Source of the DNA: a virus
Taxonomy: Duplodnaviria; Heunggongvirae; Uroviricota; Caudoviricetes
Strand: one strand, 5' to 3'
Virus record (IMG/VR): IMGVR_UViG_2778261058_000012
DNA length: 4,279 nt
The notes beneath the pieces are model-generated. The model was not told the DNA's origin. It made no database searches and saw only the letters and a list, made by a program, of their open reading frames with translations. The first letter of the stretch is position 1. Each line of letters begins with the position of its first letter. Both the position numbers and the translations under genes were made by a program. Positions 1 through 4,279 of the stretch are shown here, piece after piece.

Positions 1-55
1 TCCTGTTTACCTCTTTCTCAGGAAGTTTAGTCTCCAGGATTCCCGGGGCGGTTCA
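1..55 (-). mobile_element. Terminal inverted repeat and leader of an IS3-family insertion sequence (IS629/IS1203/IS3411-like), partial; the element body lies left of the window
   Basis: Minus-strand reading of 1..55 is TGAACCGCCCCGGGAATCCTGGAGACTAAACTTCCTGAGAAAGAGGTAAACAGGA: it begins with the TG dinucleotide typical of IS3-family ends and has a GAGG Shine-Dalgarno at the window edge where the orfA start codon would follow. Matches my recollection of the IS629 left end; not verified by search. Confidence 0.55.
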
Positions 56-76
56 CATCGCCTTTTGCTGCTTCAT
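56..76 (-). pseudogene. hokD: hokD/relF toxin gene remnant: first 7 codons (MKQQKAM) only, cut by the IS insertion
   Basis: Minus strand ATG AAG CAG CAA AAG GCG ATG (76..56) encodes MKQQKAM, the N-terminus of HokD as I recall it; the next triplet is the TGA that is also the first 3 nt of the IS inverted repeat. Position is immediately downstream of relE, as in the relB-relE-hokD operon. Confidence 0.5.
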
Positions 77-147
77 AGCCTGCTTCTCCTGTCAACGCAA
101 AGCAGAAGTGTCACCTTCGGTGCGAAACAGAGATGTCATGCTTTGGT

Positions 148-435
148 TCAGAGAATGCGTTTGACCGCCTCGCTATATACTTCCGAGCGTTCTCTTTTCC
201 CAACAGAAATCACGAAAACGACAACTTTCTCGTCTATAACCTGGTATACAAGGCGATAGCCTGAAGACCGGAGCTTAATCTTGTAACAATCAGGCATACC
301 ACGGAGCTTGTTTGCTTCAATCCGGGGTGACTCAAGTACTTCAACCAGCTTCTTTTTCAACTGTTCACGTACCGTCGAGCCCAGCTTTCGCCATTCCTTT
401 AGTGCCCGCTCGTCAAAATCCAGAAAATACGCCAT
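148..435 (-). CDS. relE: RelE mRNA interferase toxin (ribosome-dependent endoribonuclease), 95 aa
   Basis: Translation MAYFLDFDERALKEWRKLGSTV...VISVGKRERSEVYSEAVKRIL is essentially E. coli RelE; start overlaps the relB stop (TGATG), the usual TA operon arrangement. Confidence 0.95.
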   Translation of the reverse strand: MAYFLDFDERALKEWRKLGSTVREQLKKKLVEVLESPRIEANKLRGMPDCYKIKLRSSGYRLVYQVIDEKVVVFVISVGKRERSEVYSEAVKRIL

Positions 436-674
436 CAGAGTTCATCCAGCGTCACACGTACTGGCTTAGGATTACGAAGCCGTTCTTTCACTATCTCCAC
501 AAGTTCAGCATCTTCATCACTCAGGAGTGTCTGTTTGAACGGCAAGCGTTCATTGTCAGCGATATACTCGAGCATGAGACGAAGCGCTTCAGAAGGAGTT
601 ACACCCATTTTTTCAAGCGCGGCGTAAGAACGCGCTTTAAGTTCATCGTCAATACGCAGGTTAATGCTACCCAT
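435..674 (-). CDS. relB: RelB antitoxin, 79 aa
   Basis: Translation MGSINLRIDDELKARSYA...NPKPVRVTLDEL matches E. coli RelB; GAGGTG Shine-Dalgarno 7 nt upstream of the ATG; 1-nt overlap with relE. Confidence 0.95.
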   Translation of the reverse strand: MGSINLRIDDELKARSYAALEKMGVTPSEALRLMLEYIADNERLPFKQTLLSDEDAELVEIVKERLRNPKPVRVTLDEL

Positions 675-682
675 GTCTTACA

Positions 683-740
683 CCTCTTGTAATTACAAAT
701 GTCATTACAAGTATCGCACTACAACATGCTTAGGGCAAGT
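683..740 (-). promoter_or_regulatory. relBE promoter with relO operator (inverted hexad repeats overlapping -10 and transcription start)
   Basis: Minus strand reads TTGCCC (-35, plus 734..739) - 17 nt - GATACT (-10, plus 710..715) - TTGTAATGACATTTGTAATTACAAGAGGTGTAAGAC-ATG; the TTGTAAT/ATTACAA inverted repeats are the RelB2-RelE binding sites known for this operon. Confidence 0.7.
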
Positions 741-992
741 CACGAAGGAAGTCAGAAAGTAGTCGTAAGAACGGTGATCACTGTCCGCTTTGTGCCAGGA
801 GCAGCCATTGCTAAGTCCATCCTGTATTGTGCAGGTCAGCTCGTTTTTAAAGAGTCCGGCCATCATCTTACTGGTACAGACACCATATACTTTGTGACGG
901 TCAGGCTACATATGCACAACTCAACTTATTCATCTATTTTTTGCTTTAGCATGTCAGTGTTGCTTTCTCGTCGGCGGGTGGCGGTGACCTGA
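699..992 (+). CDS. Hypothetical small ORF (97 aa) divergent from relB, at the position a ydfV-type prophage ORF would occupy; coding status uncertain
   Basis: Open frame from ATG 699, but the start lies inside the relO operator, there is no convincing Shine-Dalgarno, and the composition is not clearly protein-like. Kept only because it is the sole candidate in the relB-flxA gap. Confidence 0.2.
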   Translation: MSLQVSHYNMLRASHEGSQKVVVRTVITVRFVPGAAIAKSILYCAGQLVFKESGHHLTGTDTIYFVTVRLHMHNSTYSSIFCFSMSVLLSRRRVAVT

Positions 993-1155
993 CCTGTCGA
1001 TAAAGGAACGTAACACGTTTTATGCAACACCCGCATGCGGCAGAAAATTATTGCCGAACGTTTACCCCTGTCAACAAGCTTTACTTTCTGAGGCGCGCCA
1101 GCCCGCGAGGAAAACAATCTGAACATCAAACAATTAATGACACAAGAAATACGAT

Positions 1156-1182
1156 TAAAGATTTTTTTGTGCATGCCGATAG
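1156..1182 (+). promoter_or_regulatory. Sigma-28 (FliA) class 3 flagellar-type promoter for flxA
   Basis: TAAAGATT (1156..1163) - 11 nt - GCCGATAG (1175..1182) against the sigma-28 consensus TAAAGTTT-N11-GCCGATAA; followed by AGGAG Shine-Dalgarno (1195..1199) and ATG at 1206. Confidence 0.75.
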
Positions 1183-1205
1183 TGCTTTTTTAAAAGGAGA
1201 AATCT

Positions 1206-1538
1206 ATGTCTGTCACAATTCAGGGAAATACCTCAACCGTTATTTCAAACAACTCCGCCCCGGAAGGAACATCAGAAATAGCCAAAATCACAAGACAAAT
1301 TCAGGTGCTGACTGAAAAGCTTGGGAAAATCTCATCGGAAGAGGGGATGACGACACAGCAGAAAAAAGAAATGGCTGCATTGGTACAGAAGCAAATTGAA
1401 AGCCTCTGGGCTCAACTGGAGCAGTTGTTAAGGCAGCAGGCAGAGAAAAAGAATGAAGACGCGACAGTTCAGCCTGATAAAAAAGAAGAGAAAAAAGACG
1501 ATACAAATACCGCTGGCACCATTGATATTTACGTCTAA
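1206..1538 (+). CDS. flxA: FlxA, FliA-regulated prophage protein, 110 aa, function unknown
   Basis: Translation MSVTIQGNTSTVISNNSAPEGTSEIAKITRQIQVLTEKLGK...TIDIYV matches E. coli FlxA as I recall it; strong Shine-Dalgarno; dedicated sigma-28 promoter upstream and terminator downstream. Confidence 0.9.
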   Translation: MSVTIQGNTSTVISNNSAPEGTSEIAKITRQIQVLTEKLGKISSEEGMTTQQKKEMAALVQKQIESLWAQLEQLLRQQAEKKNEDATVQPDKKEEKKDDTNTAGTIDIYV

Positions 1539-1552
1539 GTGACAGCCGTATT

Positions 1553-1576
1553 GTGGCCCTCATCGGGCCACTTTTC
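1553..1576 (+). terminator. Rho-independent terminator of flxA
   Basis: GTGGCCC (1553..1559) / loop TCATC / GGGCCAC (1565..1571) followed by TTTT (1572..1575): GC-rich 7-bp stem plus a T-tract 15 nt after the flxA stop. Confidence 0.7.
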
Positions 1577-1922
1577 GCCATCAGCCTTTTCTTTAAAGAC
1601 ATATTATCTTTGTATCATTTCTGATAGTTAACATTACAAGATATAAGTAATGGACGCACTCCCAATTAGTCTATTTAAATCGCCACGAGTTTAACTGACA
1701 ACCCATGATCAATTATGAATTGCAACTATTTCTGTAGTCACTTTTGTGGGGACAGTCCACAAAACTGCCAACTTCCGCTTCTTGCTCTTAGCGGACATTA
1801 GCATAGGCTATTTACCATAACGCCTCATTACGCGCACCGCCCAGACTGACTCAGCGCGTTTCTGGCATATCCCCGGTAAAACAAGTAACAAACCACCCGA
1901 AAATGAACACCAGAAACGCGAC

Positions 1923-2150
1923 TTAAGAATCTACCCTATGAATGGATATGCACTCAACCGAATCGATCTTGGTTTCAATCTTTTTTATCGGGATCAGGCT
2001 TCTTTTTAGGTAACTTCGGGGGCTTAACTTGCTGATGACTTTGCGTTCGGCGCGTAAGCCAGGGATGGTCAGCTTTAGGTTTAACATAGTATTTTGAGCG
2101 TAAATCAATACGGGCATTATCCACTCGTTCATGGACACTCTTTTCATCAT
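1923..2150 (-). CDS. Hypothetical 75-aa ORF, start overlapping the stop of the O-like gene (ATGA); possibly a remnant of the next replication gene
   Basis: Minus-strand ATGATGA at 2150..2144 gives the stop of the upstream gene and the start of this ORF in one 4-nt overlap. No recognisable family; followed by ORF-free DNA. Confidence 0.25.
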   Translation of the reverse strand: MMKRVSMNEWIMPVLIYAQNTMLNLKLTIPGLRAERKVISKLSPRSYLKRSLIPIKKIETKIDSVECISIHRVDS

Positions 2151-2875
2151 CCAGTGGTAGGCTCTTTTGGTCGCATGATCTCGCCATCATCACTGGCTGC
2201 CTGTTCGTAGAGACCCACGATCCGCCCCCAGATCCACTGCGCACACGCCAAATCCTCCCTGCTACCCCACTGGCGTTTTTTCGCACTAAACACAACCGCG
2301 TCGGAGTTCCGGGTTAAAAAATCCTGTTCAGTCGTCTGCGGGTCCGGTTGCGAAGCTTCCGGACGAAAAGTGTTTTTATTCTCTGTAGTAATCTCTGTTG
2401 TATTCTCTGTAAGATCATCAGGCCATTTTGACCCGATGACATTGGGTCGTTTTGAACCAATGGAGCGTTTCATTTTGACCTCTTCCATCGTGTCATTTTG
2501 ACCTGATGGAGCGGCGCATTTTGAACCGATGGATTCGCTCAATTTGCCACCATCTAAAAGCTCGCTCCCATAGTTGATCGTGTAGAAATTGGTCATATCG
2601 CGCTTTGATTTATTGAGCTTTTCACAACGCAAAAGCCCCAGCGTTTTCAGACTTGCAAACGCGCGCTTTAACGTTGACTCTGACCAGAATGGGAACTGTT
2701 CCAGCCATTGTTCCGTTGTGTTATAAATCCAGCGAACACCATCACATTCCATGCCGGAGTTGGTATCTCTCAACCAGTAGTGCAGTTGTTGCAAAACAAT
2801 GGCTTCGTTTAAGCCAATTTTCATTGCCAGCTGCGTGTTTATAACCAGTGGGCGTTCAGCAAAAAGAAGGCTCAT
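2147..2875 (-). CDS. Phage replication initiator, functional analogue of lambda O (iteron-binding origin protein); start assigned to ATG at 2875, alternatives TTG 2929 or ATG 2824
   Basis: Third gene of the dicC-led minus-strand operon, the position of lambda O. The coding sequence contains five direct repeats that translate to repeated IGSK-containing peptides (SESIGSK..RSIGSK..NVIGSK), followed by an AT-rich repeat block, the hallmark of an origin embedded in an O-type gene. The ORF-track start at 2929 is TTG and overlaps the upstream gene by 74 nt; ATG 2875 overlaps by 20 nt. Confidence 0.65.
   Translation of the reverse strand: MSLLFAERPLVINTQLAMKIGLNEAIVLQQLHYWLRDTNSGMECDGVRWIYNTTEQWLEQFPFWSESTLKRAFASLKTLGLLRCEKLNKSKRDMTNFYTINYGSELLDGGKLSESIGSKCAAPSGQNDTMEEVKMKRSIGSKRPNVIGSKWPDDLTENTTEITTENKNTFRPEASQPDPQTTEQDFLTRNSDAVVFSAKKRQWGSREDLACAQWIWGRIVGLYEQAASDDGEIMRPKEPTTG
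2378..2412. repeat. AT-rich block with three tandem 12-bp repeats (TCTCTGT-NGTA-N) flanking the iterons; candidate DNA-unwinding element
   Basis: TCTCTGT at 2380, 2392 and 2404, within TGTTTTTATTCTCTGTAGTAATCTCTGTTGTATTCTCTGTAAGA; encodes the repetitive peptide TENTTEITTENKNT. Iterons followed by an AT-rich tract is the same order as in lambda ori. Confidence 0.45.
2423..2555. repeat. Iteron array (candidate prophage replication origin) inside the O-like gene
   Basis: Direct repeats with core CATTTTGA(C/A)C starting at 2424, 2448, 2471, 2494 and 2517 (period 23-24 bp, about two helical turns), plus a degenerate sixth copy AATTTGCCACCATC at 2541..2554. The fuller consensus CATTTTGA(C/A)C(C/T)GATGG is met by the first, fourth and fifth copies only. 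Confidence 0.65.
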
Positions 2876-3377
2876 AATTCCATCCAGCTTTTTGTTGGTA
2901 TTGCTGTCGATACGCAAGTTTGAAAGCAATTGCTTTTTCTATAAGTTCGTCAGTTTCACGATCCACTACGGCAGGATCAGCAAAAAGCAGTCCGGACTCC
3001 ACCACATCGCCATATTCTTTGTTTAACCCGGCGATCATGCACGTGATGCTTTTTCCGTCAGTAATTTCACGATACAACCTGAAATCATTAATCCGGATAG
3101 CCTCCATAATTGCAGGCACTAGCGCCGTGAACTTTTCACGCTTATCCCTGGTGTCGATAGCCTTCCAGCGTTCAAATATCTTCACTCGATTAACGCCAAG
3201 CGCTCGCTGATCAATCGCGCCACCTTCATATGTGACACGCTGAACATCGATGTTCGGGCGCTCTTTCAAAGCCCAGAATGCTTCAGTGATTAATATCGTC
3301 GCCTGCTCCTGTGTCATTCCTGGTCGACATATCCAGGCATCCAGAGCCTCACGAGCCTGTTCAGGAGTGATTTTCAT
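2856..3377 (-). CDS. YdaT-family protein (CII-position regulator, toxic on overexpression in Rac), 173 aa
   Basis: Second gene of the operon, overlapping the dicC 3' end by 17 nt. Begins MKI and has an internal KREKFTALVPAIMEAI segment resembling the REK..LIPAIL region I recall from Rac YdaT; the family assignment rests on recalled similarity and synteny (cro-like, then ydaT-like, then replication gene). Confidence 0.5.
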   Translation of the reverse strand: MKITPEQAREALDAWICRPGMTQEQATILITEAFWALKERPNIDVQRVTYEGGAIDQRALGVNRVKIFERWKAIDTRDKREKFTALVPAIMEAIRINDFRLYREITDGKSITCMIAGLNKEYGDVVESGLLFADPAVVDRETDELIEKAIAFKLAYRQQYQQKAGWNYEPSFC

Positions 3378-3591
3378 TGTTCAACCGCCCCGCCCGCTTC
3401 GTCTTACGATATTCATCATAAACTTTGGGATCATACTGAAGCTCCCCGCCAGATGCCTCCTGTAGACGCATCGCGCGACCTTCGGGAACTAAATCCCCTT
3501 TCCAGCTATAAAGCGAAGCCAAACGAATACCTGCTGCTTGTGCAAGTTTTGTTTTTGAACCGAAATACAAAAGAGCGTCAGTTTTAAGCAT
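3361..3591 (-). CDS. dicC: DicC, Cro-like transcriptional regulator of the prophage immunity region, 76 aa
   Basis: Translation MLKTDALLYFGSKTKLAQAAGIRLASLYSWKGDLVPEGRAMRLQEASGGELQYDPKVYDEYRKTKRAGRLNNENHS matches E. coli DicC as I recall it; AAGGTG Shine-Dalgarno; divergent from dicA. Confidence 0.9.
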   Translation of the reverse strand: MLKTDALLYFGSKTKLAQAAGIRLASLYSWKGDLVPEGRAMRLQEASGGELQYDPKVYDEYRKTKRAGRLNNENHS

Positions 3592-3674
3592 TTAAAACAC
3601 CTTTATTGTTAGTCATAACTAACAAGATAGATGTTAACAAAAACATAGTCAATACGATTTAGCATTAGCTAACT
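3592..3674. promoter_or_regulatory. Divergent dicC/dicA promoter-operator region
   Basis: 83-bp AT-rich intergenic region with a 20-bp palindrome TTGTTAGT-CATA-ACTAACAA (3606..3625) and a second partial palindrome ATGTT-AACAAAA-ACAT (3631..3646), the type of operator that DicA and DicC would be expected to bind. Confidence 0.6.
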
Positions 3675-4082
3675 ATGGAAACAAAAAATTTAACTATCGG
3701 CGAACGCATCAGGTATCGTCGGAAAAACCTCAAACACACCCAAAGGTCTCTTGCTAAAGCCCTGAAAATCTCCCATGTGTCTGTATCACAATGGGAACGG
3801 GGTGATAGTGAACCTACAGGGAAGAACCTTTTTGCCCTCAGCAAAGTATTGCAATGCTCACCAACATGGATTCTATTTGGCGATGAAGACAAGCAACCAA
3901 CACCACCTGTTGAGAAGCCAGTTGCCTTATCCCCCAAAGAACTAGAGCTCCTTGAGCTGTTTAATGCACTGCCAGAATCAGAACAGGATACCCAGCTCGC
4001 CGAAATGCGAGCTCGAGTAAAAAACTTCAATAAACTCTTTGAAGAATTACTAAAAGCCCGTCAGCGGACAAATAAAAGATAA
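3675..4082 (+). CDS. dicA: DicA, cI/C2-like HTH repressor of the prophage (represses the dicB cell-division-inhibitor operon), 135 aa
   Basis: Translation METKNLTIGERIRYRRKNLKHTQRSLAKALKISHVSVSQWERGDSEPTGKNLFALSKVLQCSPTWILFGDEDK... matches E. coli DicA as I recall it; N-terminal XRE-type HTH. Confidence 0.95.
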   Translation: METKNLTIGERIRYRRKNLKHTQRSLAKALKISHVSVSQWERGDSEPTGKNLFALSKVLQCSPTWILFGDEDKQPTPPVEKPVALSPKELELLELFNALPESEQDTQLAEMRARVKNFNKLFEELLKARQRTNKR

Positions 4083-4116
4083 CATCATCAATGAGTTATC
4101 TTTTACCACATCAATT

Positions 4117-4176
4117 ATGTTAGCTATAGCATACAAAATCACTTGACCGATATGTTAGTCATGGCTAATCTTGTTT
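4117..4176 (+). promoter_or_regulatory. Candidate repressor-controlled promoter for the operon downstream of dicA (dicB-operon promoter position)
   Basis: TTGACC (4143..4148) - 17 nt - TAATCT (4166..4171); the spacer/-10 carries the near-palindrome TTAGTCATGGCTAA (4155..4168), closely related to the 3609..3622 operator, and a second site TGTTAGCTATAGCATACA lies at 4118..4135. Confidence 0.45.
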
Positions 4177-4248
4177 GCATCAACACACCGCACGGTGTTC
4201 TCAGCAAACAGTTCCGCTACCCCAGCGTTAAGGGGAAATGAGGTCAGC

Positions 4249-4279
4249 ATGGATACTATCGATCTTGGCAACAACGAAT
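4249..4279 (+). CDS. ydfA: 5' end of the first gene after dicA (small YdfA-like prophage protein), partial; continues beyond the window
   Basis: GAGGT Shine-Dalgarno (4239..4243) then ATG at 4249, reading MDTIDLGNNE...; position and N-terminus are consistent with my recollection of ydfA following dicA in Qin, but only 10 codons are visible. Confidence 0.4.
   Translation, partial: MDTIDLGNNE

Noticed and set aside
65-259. Plus-strand 64-aa ORF
   Set aside because: Lies antisense across the hokD remnant and the relE 3' end; low-complexity translation; a shadow frame of relE.
312-692. Plus-strand 126-aa ORF
   Set aside because: Entirely antisense to relE and relB, whose identities are secure; shadow ORF.
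926-1174. Minus-strand 82-aa ORF
   Set aside because: Its 5' end overlaps the flxA sigma-28 promoter and it has no Shine-Dalgarno or recognisable family; not supportable as a gene.
1022-1315. Plus-strand 97-aa ORF overlapping the flxA start
   Set aside because: Out of frame with flxA and runs through the flxA promoter and ribosome-binding site; flxA is the well-supported gene here.
1288-1602. Minus-strand 104-aa ORF
   Set aside because: Antisense to flxA and spans the flxA terminator hairpin; shadow ORF.
1577-1922. Possible tRNA or small RNA gene or phage att site in the ORF-free gap
   Set aside because: No cloverleaf-compatible segment with conserved tRNA features, and no promoter-terminator pair bracketing a short transcript that I can see; left as unexplained non-coding DNA.
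1975-2295. Minus-strand 106-aa ORF
   Set aside because: Overlaps the 3' end of the O-like gene in another frame; Gly/Ser/Arg-rich, low-complexity translation typical of an off-frame read. It could only matter if the O-like gene had a frameshift, for which I see no direct evidence.
2423-2555. Possible CRISPR array (regularly spaced direct repeats)
   Set aside because: Repeats are only about 16-18 bp, imperfect, separated by about 6-8 bp rather than spacer-length unique sequence, and lie in frame inside a coding sequence; they fit iterons, not CRISPR.
2653-3465. Plus-strand ORFs 2653..2844, 2799..3026, 2920..3210 and 3250..3465
   Set aside because: All antisense to the O-like and YdaT-like genes; hydrophobic/Ser-rich shadow translations with no start signals.
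3665-4030. Minus-strand 121-aa ORF
   Set aside because: Antisense to dicA, whose identity is secure; Ser-rich shadow frame.

Overview
This window reads as a segment of a cryptic lambdoid (Qin/Rac-like) prophage of Escherichia coli or a close relative; protein identities are from my recall of the translated ORFs, not from a search. Left to right: (i) the terminal inverted repeat of an IS3-family (IS629-like) element at the window edge, inserted after codon 7 of the hokD/relF toxin gene; (ii) an intact relB-relE toxin-antitoxin operon on the minus strand with its promoter and operator; (iii) flxA on the plus strand with a near-consensus sigma-28 promoter and an intrinsic terminator; (iv) an ORF-poor stretch of about 350 bp; (v) a minus-strand immunity/replication operon, dicC (Cro-like) -> YdaT-family (CII-position) gene -> lambda-O-like replication initiator, with a candidate iteron origin embedded in the initiator gene; (vi) the divergent repressor gene dicA, followed by an operator-bearing promoter and the first codons of the next gene. 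The point I would follow up first is the apparently intact iteron-type origin inside the O-like gene in a prophage that seems to lack a helicase-loader gene. I see no CRISPR array, tRNA or rRNA. I found no clearly novel defence system; the regulatory-motif and YdaT-like calls are the least certain.
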